This document shows positions 33,950-44,362 of a DNA stretch of 64,000 bases, one piece after another. Numbering within the stretch: the first letter of the stretch is position 1; each line of letters opens with the position of its first letter. The position numbers were made by a program, and so were the translations under genes. The notes under the pieces are model-generated. The model did no database searches, was not told the DNA's origin, and worked only from the letters and a program-made list of their open reading frames with translations. This DNA comes from Camelus dromedarius (lineage: Eukaryota), in the NCBI RefSeq assembly GCF_036321535.1, contig NC_087437.1:22074001-22138000 (forward strand). Direction: 5' to 3'.

Positions 33950-35030
33950 ACTCTTAATTATGGAAAATGCAAACATATGCAAAAGTAGAGAAAATAGTAT
34001 AATGAATCCCCTTGATGAATCACCCAGCTTCAATAATTATCCCTTCGCAGCCACTTCCATCTGTATAAATCCCAGACATTTTATTTTAATCATACGTATT
34101 TCAGTATGTTTCTTCTCTACAAGATACAGACCTAAAAAAAAAAAAATCCATGATCCAGTTATATATCAGAAAAAAATTAACAATAATCTCTGGATATCAT
34201 AAAAATCTTGGTGTTCACAAATCCACAATTGCCTTCTTAAGATTTTTTTTCTGTTTGTTTGAATTGAAATCCAAGTAAGGGTCCTGCATTATGATTGGTG
34301 AATGTATCTCTTAAGTAAGTTTCATCCTTTGGTGTCCCTCATTTTTCTCTATTTCCCTTTAAATCTTTTGTGGAAGAGGCTGAGTTGTTTGTCCTGAAGA
34401 CTTTCCCAGAGTCTGGATTCTGTTGACTGCACCCCTGCCTCCTGTTGTGTTTATTTTCTGTAAAGCGGTAATTTAGAGGATTTAAAGGTTCGATCTGACT
34501 TAGGTTTAAACGTTTTGGCACGAAAACTTTGTAAGTGGGGGTGTGCACTTCCATCAGGAACCCATAATGTCTGTTTGTCTCTTTTTGTGACATTAGCGAT
34601 GGTCGTTGCCTGTGTCCATTCATTCATTATGACTCCAGATGGTGACATCCTAAGTTTGTCATTCCTTTTTCATTTGTTAGTGGGGATAATAGAGAAACTG
34701 CCCCTTGTCTGCTATGCTCAGCCCAAAGTACAGTTCAGATGGGAAAATCAGCCTAAATGCTTGATTTTTTTCCCCTTTATTTTCCAGTTTTCAAAGTCAT
34801 TTTGATGCAGGGATATCATGACCATTCTCCAAAGTGACCATTAAAATTTTATTACTACTATTATCATTAGCATCATTATAACCTCATGGATTTTAACATA
34901 TTTGACGTGCCATTGGCTCCTGAGTCTTTTTGACATTGGTCTTTCATAGCTCCCTTGTTTTCTGAAATGACAGATTCTCCAGACTCATCTTGTACATTTT
35001 TGACTCCAGACCTAAAACAGCCATTTCTCA
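33950..35030 (-). mobile_element. Old L1 3' region (L1MC-like)
   Basis: atggaaaatgcaaacatatgcaaaagtagagaaaatagtataatgaatccc; cagactcatcttgtacattt...cagccatttctcaag. Confidence 0.65.
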
Positions 35031-35780
35031 AGCTTTCGTGGAACTCATATTATTAAAAGACTCCTCAGGAGATTCTGATGTGCAGCCAAGTTTGGGAGCA
35101 TCTGGGTTGGATCTGAGAGTCCTTCCAACTCCAAAATGCAATTTTTTTTTCCTTCTTGCCAGTTAAAGTAGCAAAAATATATTTGAAATGATTTTAAAAT
35201 ATTTATATGAAATAAAAATATATTTTGATAACTGAAATTCTTTTCCTTTGTCACTGTACTTTAAATTGGTACAACTTTTTAAAATGCCTTTTGACCATGC
35301 CCTGAATATTTTCATACACTTTGACCCAGAAATCCCACTTTTAGAAATCTGAGAAAATAACAGAAAAAAAATCTGGAAAAAGATGCATACACCAAAGCTT
35401 TATTTGCAAACTGTAAAAAATTAGACCTAGCTTGAAATTCCGAAAATAGGGGAGCAGTTTGATAGATTGTGGAGAATTTACTGGAAGGAAGATTATGAGG
35501 CCATTAAATGATGCCTGGGAGGACGATGCAGCCAGATGCAAAATTGTATTTATGACAGTATGTTAGAATATGCATACAAAAATGTTTAAAATGGAATATA
35601 TCAAAATGATAGCAGTAGGTTAGTAGACTTATGGGTGATTTCTCTCTACCATCCCACTTTTCCAATTTTTCTTCCAAAATTACTTTAATATGTATTTTCA
35701 AATTCTATGAGTCTGTGATATGTCATGGTTAACTGACTTGCAGTGCCTTGTCATTTAGAAACAACAGGGCTTAGGGAAAA

Positions 35781-35829
35781 GGGGCCCAGAGCATAAGGCG
35801 GGGCCCAGAGCATTAGGCAAAGCCCAGAG
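35781..35829. repeat. 19-bp tandem repeat (~2.5 copies)
   Basis: ggggcccagagcataaggc / ggggcccagagcattaggc / aaagcccagag. Confidence 0.8.
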
Positions 35830-35923
35830 TTCTGGGGGTTACCTAGGGAGGAGTGGGGGAGGGGATTTGAGCACCTGGCCGAGAAGGGGGAGGTGTTGAC
35901 ATTGGACGCTTCGATCTTGTTAC

Positions 35924-36038
35924 GGGGGCGGGGGGTAAATTAAGTTTATTTGTTTATTTAACAGGAGGTACTGGAGATTGAACCCAGCACCTTGTGCCTG
36001 CTAGGCACTGACTCTACCACTGAGCTATACCCTCCCCC
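35924..36038 (-). mobile_element. tRNA-derived SINE, Vic-1-like
   Basis: Reverse complement of the same consensus (ggagattgaacccag...ctctaccactgagctataccctcccc). Confidence 0.85.
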
Positions 36039-36456
36039 TGGGCAGGAATCTTTCAGACTCCGAGTCTTCTGGTTGGACACCTTAGGCATCTCATCACTGG
36101 GAGGACTGTGATCTGTTTTCACATGGAAGACTTTGGTAAATGTGACTTGATGGCAGGGACAACTGTTTAGCCAGGCAAGCTGAGGAATTTGGCCTCAATA
36201 TATTCTGGAATCCAAGGGAGTCGATGAAAATTTCTTTGGGGTTTGTCTTTGTAATTATTTAGATTTAGAACAGGCTCCTTTGTGTTGTATTTTTTGGTGT
36301 GTGAAGCATCTTTTGAGAAAGACCACTCCTCGCATCTGGAAAGCCCTCCCAATTTTCTCTTTCTCTTGATGAGAGGTGGTGCTGAGGCTGAGGAAGGGGA
36401 TGAACCCCGGCCACCTGCCAGCATCTAACTGGGCCTTTTTGACCTCATCTCTCTCT

Positions 36457-36617
36457 CTTTTTTTTTTAATTCTTTTTTATTTTGTTGGGGGGAGTGGGTG
36501 TGATTAGGTTTGTTTGTTTGTTTGTTTGTTTGTTTATAATGGAGGTACTGGGGACTGAACTCAGGACCTTGTGCATGCTAAGCACCTGCTCCACCACTGA
36601 GTCATAACCTCCCTCCC
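36457..36617 (-). mobile_element. tRNA-derived SINE, Vic-1-like, with internal (GTTT)n
   Basis: gggactgaactcaggaccttgtgcatgctaagc; TSD-like ttgacctcatctct / ttgaccccacctct. Confidence 0.85.
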
Positions 36618-36964
36618 TTGACCCCACCTCTTAACGTCTACTCCTGGGTGCTGATCGCCCCAGCATTTCCCCCTCACAGGAGAGAAGACATTGTGAGGGG
36701 TTGGGATGGAAAGCAGATAGGTGCTACATTACGGGACTTGGAATGCCGGGATGAGAACTTTGGACTTTCCTCTGTGGCAACTCTAGGGGATTTTGACCAA
36801 AGGAGTGACGCCATCTGACCTGTAATTATGGAGAACCACAAGGCTGGCATAAGGTAAAGTCGGTCGGAGGGCAGCCAAAGCCGGGGGCCAGGTGAAGAAA
36901 GGCCACCAGAGTCTGAACAGACTTGGCAGCAGCAGAAAGGGGTTCCCCACTGAGGAAAAGGCCG

Positions 36965-37806
36965 CTACTATTTACCAAATTCGGTTGCCTTTTCCTCCTT
37001 GGCTCAGAGCTAGACCACGTGTATTAGTCCCATTGCCGCTGTAACAAATGACCACACTCTGAGTGGCTTAAAACAGCACAGATCTGTTCTCTGACAGTTC
37101 TGGAGGTCAGAAGACTAGAACCCAGGTGTTGGCAGAGCTTTGTTCCTTCTGGAAGCTCAGGAGAGACTCCATTTCCTTGCCTTTTCCAGCTTCTAGAGGC
37201 ACCTGCGTTCCTTGGCTGGGGCTCTGTCCTCCACCTTCAAGCACGTTGCTCTGACCTCTGCCTTCATCTCCATGTCTTCTTTTCTGACTTTGACCATCTT
37301 GCCTCTCTCTTCTTAAGATACTGGGATGGCACTGGGCCCACCCATATAATCCAGGACAATTTCCTCATCTCAAGATTCTTAACTTAATCACACATGCAAA
37401 GTCCTTCTCGGCATGTAACATAGCACCCAAAGCCCTGGGGACTTCTTAGGGGGCCATGATTCTGTCTACCACACGACTCATCCCAGGCTCCAAAACACTG
37501 TGAGGTTATGACGCCAAGTTCTGGCCGTTGGAAAGTGACCGGAGGAGTGTGGTTCCTTCTCTTCCCTTCTGGGTCCGTCCGGCCCATCGAATCTGCCCTC
37601 CATGCTCTCTCTCTTTCTCTGTGCTGAGGACACAAGGGAAGGAAGGGCCAGAAGATGGCAGCACCTGGGGCCCTGGATGGCCAAGTAGAAAGCTGTCTGC
37701 CAGCAAGGAACGTCCACATTGGACCCAGCTGAGTGAAAAATAAACCTCTGTGTTAAGCCACTGAAATGTGGAAGTTTGTCGTTAGCTAGCCTTACTCACC
37801 CTAATA
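36965..37806 (+). mobile_element. Older MaLR LTR (MLT1I/J/K-like) interrupted by a second LTR
   Basis: aaataaacctctgtgttaagccactgaaatgtgg...accctaata 3' end; the 5' part lies before 37020. Confidence 0.55.
37020..37473 (-). mobile_element. MaLR solo LTR (MLT1B/C/D-like)
   Basis: tgtattagt...gctgtaacaaatgaccaca...cagttctggaggtcagaag...ttctgtctaccaca; TG...CA termini. Confidence 0.85.
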
Positions 37807-38510
37807 TCTCAACTGACTGCCTGTTATTCAGGATTGAGAGTGAGAAAGAGGAATGGTTTAGAGCCTCAGGAGGTGGGGAGGCTGAGGTCTCTAGCGAAGA
37901 TCAAAGTTCAGCTTGGGATGTACCTGGAGACACCTTTGACCAAAGGTGAGCTTCCTGACTCATACTGAAAGTCCAAACATGACAGTAAGGATGCACTCAT
38001 CACGTCCGAGTGAGAGCTAAATAAGGCAAAAGATCTGAAAGGCATTCCATAATTGCTTCTTCGCCATTCAGTGTTCTTGTCAGGTTTTTACAGGAGCTCA
38101 TTTCTGGGGAGAACTGAACACATTTAGAGGCAGCAGATTCAGCTTAGTCTCTCTTTGATCAGGTCCCTGAGAGTCTTCATGGCAACAGGAGCAGAGAGTG
38201 GCTGGGATGGGACATGTAACTTGCAAAGGACACTCTGAAAGGAAGAGGGAATGGAGAGGGAGCAGTCTGCATGGTGGTCCAGGTTTCTGGATGAAAACAG
38301 TTTTGGTGGGGTCTTAAGTATTTTTTAGTTCTACATTAACTCAGAAATAATAAACAAAGTAATTTTTAAAATTTAGAGTTTAAGAGTAAAAATTCCTAGT
38401 GGTAATGGCTAACAATGTATTGTTTAGATTTTCTAATTTTTTTCTATTCATGTGCTAACACACACATACACGCTTTTCTCCCCCCCCCCCACCAATTCTC
38501 AACGCGCATT

Positions 38511-39317
38511 CTTTTTTTTTTTAAATTGAAGTATAGTTGATTTACAATGTTGTGTTAGTTTCTGGTGTACAGCATAGTGATTCAGTTATATATATACATG
38601 TTTGTTTTCAGATTCTTTTTCATTATAGGTTATTACGAGATATTGAATATAATTCTCTGTGCTATACAGTAGGACCTTGTTGTTTATCTATTCTGTATAC
38701 AGTAGTTTGTATCTGCTAATCCCAAACTTCTAATTTATCCCTCCCCACCCTCCTTTCACCTTTGGTAACCATAAGTTTGTTTCCTATGTCTGTGAATCTG
38801 TTTCTGTTTTGTAAATAAGTTATTTGTGTCATTTTTTTAAGTTCCACATGTAAGTGATATAATGTGGTGTTTTTCTTTCTCTTTCTGGCTTACTTCACTT
38901 AGAATGAAAATCTTTAGATCCATTAATGTTGCTGCAAATGGCATTATTTTATTCTTTTTTACGGCCGAGTAGTATTCCATTGTATAAATAGACCACAACT
39001 TATTTATCCAGTCATCTGTCTGGGCATTTAGGTAGTTTCCATGTCTTGGCTATTGTAAATAGTGCTGCTATGAAAATTTGGTGCATGTATCTTTTTGAGT
39101 TAGAGTTCCCTCTGGGTATATGCCCAGGACTGGGATTGCTGGATCATAGGGTAAGTCTATTTTCAGTTTTTTAGAGAGTCTCCATTACTATTTTCCATGA
39201 TGGCTGCACCAAACTACATTCCCACCAGCAGTGTAGGAGGGTTCCCTTTTCTCCACACCCTCTCAGCATTTATCATTTGTGGACTTTTTAATGATGGCCA
39301 TTCTGGCCAGTGTGAGG
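38511..39317 (-). mobile_element. 5'-truncated L1 (artiodactyl/camelid-type 3' end with poly(A))
   Basis: tttttaaattgaagtatagttgatttacaatg...ttcccaccagcagtgtaggagggttccc...gccattctggccagtgtgagg. Confidence 0.9.
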
Positions 39318-39769
39318 CATACACATGTATTTCCAACTTGCTTTTTGTAGTTACTACATCTTGAGCACACTTCCTTGTCGTTGCCCACAAACCTGCTTCA
39401 TTCTTTAACTACCATTAATAAACACTTATTTCCACCATTTTTCCTTCTTGCAAACACCCTGTCGGTGAACATCCTTTGAGCACTGTAAGAGCACTTCAGG
39501 GAATCTACCCACTGGAGGACAAATAGATCCCTTGGAGTGGAATTGCTGTGTCGAAGTGTAGAAACACTTTATAATTTTGATGGGTATTTAAGTTTCCCTC
39601 CAAAAATATATCAATACCCCTGTTTTGAGGGACAGAAGTTGTGGAGTCAAGGAGGTGGGGTGTGGTGCAGAGAGAGGGTGAATTCTTGTCTGAAGACATG
39701 AGGGAGATGGGACGATGGGGCAGAGAGAGACTCAGAACCTGCTGGTCTGCATGTTGGGGTTCAGAGACC

Positions 39770-40058
39770 CCACCCTGGGAATAAGGGGATGCTTGGCTTA
39801 ATGCTCTGTTGTCACTGTACTGAAATTCTTAATTTTTGAATAAGAGGCCCATGTGTTCATTTTTGCATTGAGCCCCACAATTTAAAAAAATTTATTATTT
39901 ATTTGGGAGGGGGATACAATTAGGTTTTTATTTATTTACTTATTTTGATGGAGGTTCTGGAGATTGAACACAGGACCTCGTGCATGCTAAGCACACACTC
40001 TACCACTGAGCTATATGCTCTCCACCACTGAGCCGCACAAATTCTGTCACTGGTCCTG
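39770..40058 (+). mobile_element. MER91A-like hAT-Tip100 element split by a SINE
   Basis: gcttggcttaatgctctgttgtcac...gaaattcttaatttttgaa...gagccccacaa [SINE] gagccgcacaaattctgtcactggtcctg. Confidence 0.7.
39885..40025 (-). mobile_element. tRNA-derived SINE, Vic-1-like
   Basis: ggagattgaacacaggacctcgtgcatgctaagcacacactctaccactgagctata; TSD cattgagccccacaa / cactgagccgcacaa. Confidence 0.87.
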
Positions 40059-40289
40059 GCAGGGGAGAAGACGGGGTGGAGCCAGCGAGCAGTTGTCCTC
40101 GTGGTGAGGGGTTGCGGCAAGGACGGCACTTGGCCCTGAGGTCAAACGGAACATCTGGACTTCTGAGGAGGGGTGTCCACAGGGACCTGAAGAGCAGCTG
40201 GATGTCCCTCAGAGCCTGTATTCACTGGCCCCTTGAAAGTGTCCTAAAACAGGGACCCATCCTGGAACCCCACTGGTTCTGAAGTGTGG

Positions 40290-40450
40290 TCGCCAGACCA
40301 GCAGAGACAGCATCTCCGGGGACTGGTTAAAAAGGCAGATTTTCAGACCCTACCCCAGACCAAACTCTGGTGGTGGGGGGCAGTCCAGCCATCTCTGCTT
40401 CAACCAGCTAGCCCTCCAGGAGGTTCCGTTAGGCTCAAGTCTGGGAACTC
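40290..40450. mobile_element. MER5A-like hAT element
   Basis: cagcatctccggggactggttaaaaaggcagattttcagaccctaccccagacc...ctcaagtctgggaac. Confidence 0.6.
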
Positions 40451-42917
40451 CTGTCCAGACCATCCTGGAGCCTCAGGAGAACTCTCAGAGCTGGTTTCTA
40501 AAGCAGCATAAGCCTTTTGGTCTCTCAAGGGCAAAAGTGAGCCAAAGGAGAGGAGACACAGGAGCCTGACTCCTTCCTTGCCCAGGCTGGGGCGTCTCCC
40601 ACCTGCTTCCCCCTGAAGGAGAAGCTTTGGAATATTACAGGTCTCCTGAGGGGGTTAACTTGTGTTCTTTCCCTCTCTATCATGAACATAATCTATTGGG
40701 CTAATAAAATGCCACGCAGACCTCGTTTCTGTAGTCCCCTGGTGGATCTAAGATATAGTCTCTAATAAGTCTTCCTCACATAGGGAGATGAAGGCTAGCT
40801 GCGCAGAGATGAATATCCTAAAAGCCTTATTAATGACGTGATTTCTGCTTTGGAGAAGCTAAAAACAACTGTATTAGCTAATAGCTCTGTGATCATATTT
40901 TAGACTCCTGGAAGTCACACATATCTAAGGTAAATATCTTTGTCAGGAAAGAGGCCCCTTGGGATGCCCAGAATATGAGAATATTAGAATTGGAAAGGGC
41001 AGCTGGAGATGGTAATAACGTTGTGTCTCATCTAGGAATAATATTGAAAAATGCTAACACGAATGGTTTAAACTCTCTGAAGAGTCAGGACGTACTGTAT
41101 AGAGTGAAAATTACAGGGACAGGTGGGGCCCTGTGGTTGAGCCCAGGTCTGCATGGTCCCCTCCATGTCCCCACCCGCGGAGAGGGAGAGCGGAAGCCAT
41201 TTTCACTCATACTGGCTGAAGCGCGGGGCTGCATGCATTTTGAATGCATGCAAAAGAAGTGCCCATCTCTGACTGAGTGATGGCCTTTCACTGTGTCCTG
41301 GGTGAGGAGCACAGCAGGCTGAGGGCAAACCTGGGGTGCCCAGTAACCCCTATTCTGGGAGCTAGGGCACCCCAGACACCTGGCATGGACCTGAGGCTAA
41401 CCTGGGGAAATCACGTTCAACTGTGACTTCAGAGCTGCAGGGAGAGGTCAGAGCAAGACCCTCCTCACTGCCGGTCTTCCTATCTCTTAATTCTACAAGT
41501 GCTTGTGAGTTTGTCTGTCTGCTGGGCACTCCCTCCAGGAGTGTGGAAGGATGAGCAAACTCAGCCTCAGAGCGGGAGTACGGCGATGCTCTCCCTGCCC
41601 TTTGGGTCCTGTGAGAAGGGCCTGGTTCCCTGCAGACAGCGGGAGGTTTGCAGGTTTCCCTTCCGGGCACCCAGACTTTGACAATCTTTTGGTAGCACCT
41701 TCCCCTAAAAGGAGTCTCTGTGTTTGCCTCAGGCCAGCTGCTGATGCCACCTCTGTGCCTGTGCTGGAGACTTGCAGAGGGCGGGCTGGCGACAGACTGA
41801 TTCACACAATTGTCTCCAAGCTGCAGGTGTGAAAAGAAGATGGGTTCAGAGTATCATCACTGAGAAAAAAGGCTTTGTGGAATAGAATCGACTTTCCAAG
41901 TCATTGACACCAGCAGGGAAATGTTACCTCTGGTCTGACGCCCTGCGCTCCCTGGGGCTCCCTCCTCCCCTGTGGGTCACCCAGGACGGGCTCTTATTCA
42001 TTGTCTCCAACACACTTGCAGCAAGAGGGGACTCAATGCTGTTGGATGGATTTGCAAACAGAAGTGTGTGATATTCTTTAAAGGCTGCGGGTACCTCAAC
42101 CTTATAGGCTTTGAAACAGTCTTAATGAAGGAATAGTCTCTGAATGCTCATTTCCCTTTTTCCTTTTCCCCTGCAAGTACCCTTTTCTTCTAGGAATGGG
42201 CTTCAGATGTGCGGGGTTTCCTTGTATTTGCTGCCTTTTTTTTTTTTTTTTTCTTTTTTCTTTTTCCCTTCTGGGCTAATACATCATGACTAGATTACCA
42301 CGTCCGCAGCCTCTACCTTGGATGCTACAATTGGAGGTTACAGCTGGTGCGAAGAAAAGGCTCCAACAGATGTATTCTTAAGAGACCGTGGTTCTCTATT
42401 TATCTCAGCAGCTTGAAAAAGAAAACAGGGGAAGGAGACACAGAGATGCGGTGACACACGGGTAGATTTGTGGCTAAGTGGGATGCTTCTCTGAGCTTTA
42501 GATGGCATTGCTGGGTCTGCGAGAAAACTCTTCCCTTTCCTTAAGTGGCTCCGTAACTTCTGAAGTCCAGTCAGGCTGCAGTATGAGCTGGATTTCCACT
42601 TACTGCCTGAAGGACCTGGGACGCAGATGTGGAACAGCGTTTCTGCCTGGAGCCTTTTTTCTTCTCCTCTAGTATTGAAATTTGCACTCTGTTTAGTAAA
42701 ATGCGCTGGTCCAAAAAGCTTGTACACGGATGTGTTTTGGCCATGTCACTTAATTCCAAAGGACGTTTGCATTTTGACAAATTATTCTTCTCAGGAATTC
42801 AGTGGAACAGGCTGGCGTTTGTAGCTGCATGTTCTAGGTGGGAAACAGGCACATTCGAGATCTGGAGTCTGAGCACAGTGTTCTTGCTTTCCTGGATCAA
42901 TAATGAACGAGTCAGGA

Positions 42918-43148
42918 TTTTTTTTTTAATTGAAGTATAGTTGATTTACAATGTTGTATTAGTTTCTGGGGTACAGGAAAGCAATTCAGTATATATATAT
43001 ATATATATATATATTCTTTTTTATTATAGGTTATTACAAGCTATTGAATATAGTTCCCTGTGCTATATAGTAGGATCTTGTTGTTTATCTATGTATGTAT
43101 AGTAGTGTGTATCTGCTAATCCCAAACTCCTAATTTATCCCGCTCCCA
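42918..43148 (-). mobile_element. Short L1 3' end with internal (TA)n
   Basis: Same 3' terminus as the 38511 copy (aattgaagtatagttgatttacaatg...tgctaatcccaaactcctaatttatcc). Confidence 0.85.
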
Positions 43149-43208
43149 GGTTTCTTTTTTAAAGAGTCCATAAAAAGACACCGTTTATTAATAAATGATT
43201 TTAGCATA

Positions 43209-43252
43209 TGATGAAAATCATATTATATTCTGATGGAAATCATATTATATTC
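43209..43252. repeat. 22-bp tandem duplication
   Basis: tgatgaaaatcatattatattc / tgatggaaatcatattatattc. Confidence 0.85.
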
Positions 43253-43299
43253 GGATGATGAGCAGATGAATTATTCAGCAAATTAGGCTAGAAGAGCTA

Positions 43300-43880
43300 A
43301 ATGGGTAACTAAAACAAATCTTAAGATTTAAATATAAAAACTGAAAGAATAAATAAATGAGGAAATGAAAGATTTTTAAAAAATTCTTAGAGAAAGACGG
43401 TTTTTCTAGAGATAATATAAAACACTTAAAAGCTATGAAAGAAAGGATATATAACGATATAAAAACAAAAGAAATATGAGAAGATAAGATGAAGAAAAAG
43501 AAATACAATTGACAAAAGATGGATTTTCTGACTACATTTAGTTTTCCTAAAAATGTTAATTTCAGAAAAAGACCAGTAACCCAGTAAATGTGTGACAAGA
43601 CAATGAAGAAATGGTAGATAAAGGGGGAAATGCAAATTACTCTTAAACATGTAAAAAGAGCCTAAACTTCACACACAATGAAAGAAAAGCAAATTTAAAC
43701 TGTAAGGAGCAAATGTTCATGTGTAAGATTGGCGGAGATTCTTAAGAAGTTGATACACTGTTGGTGACAGTGCAGGGAAACAAGCCCTTAGAGTTATTGG
43801 TAGAAATGTAAACTGGGACAGTTCTGTGGAGGGCAATTTGTAAAATCGATCAGAATGAAAAAATATACATATGCTTTCAC
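43300..43880 (+). mobile_element. Old L1 ORF2 3' remnant
   Basis: A-rich; ctgttggtgacagtgcagggaaacaag...aatgtaaactgggacagttctgtggagggcaatttg. Confidence 0.55.
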
Positions 43881-43924
43881 CACCGATATTGCTTCATTGT
43901 GTGTGAAGTTTAGGCTCTTTTTAC

Positions 43925-44362
43925 ATGTTTTTTAGATTCCACATATGAGTGAAATCATGCAGTAATTTTCTCTCTCCTTCTGACTTATTTCACTTAGCGT
44001 AATAGCCTCAAGGTCCATCCATGTGGTTGCAAATGGCAAGATTCCATCCTTTTTATGGCTGAATAGTATTCCATTGTGTATATATATCTTTTTTACCCAT
44101 TCATTCCTTGGCACGCGCTTAGGCTGTTTCCACATCTTGACTATTGTAAATAATGCTGAGCTGAACCCTGGGTGCATGTAGCTTTGTAAATTATTATTTT
44201 TGTATTCTTTGGATAAATACCAAGAGTGGGATTGCTGGATCACATGATAGTTCTATTTTTAATATTTTGAGAAACCTCCATACTGTTTTCACAGTGGCTG
44301 TACCAATCTACATTTGCATCAACAGTGTATGAGGGTTCCCTTTTCTCCACATCTTTGTCAAC
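43925..44362 (-). mobile_element. L1 fragment (ORF2 end / 3' UTR)
   Basis: ORF-track peptide ...GILPFATTWMDLEAITLSEISQ... is the L1 ORF2 C-terminal motif. Confidence 0.88.

Noticed and set aside
43932..44243. 103-aa ORF as a functional gene
   Set aside because: Degenerate L1 ORF2 C-terminus.
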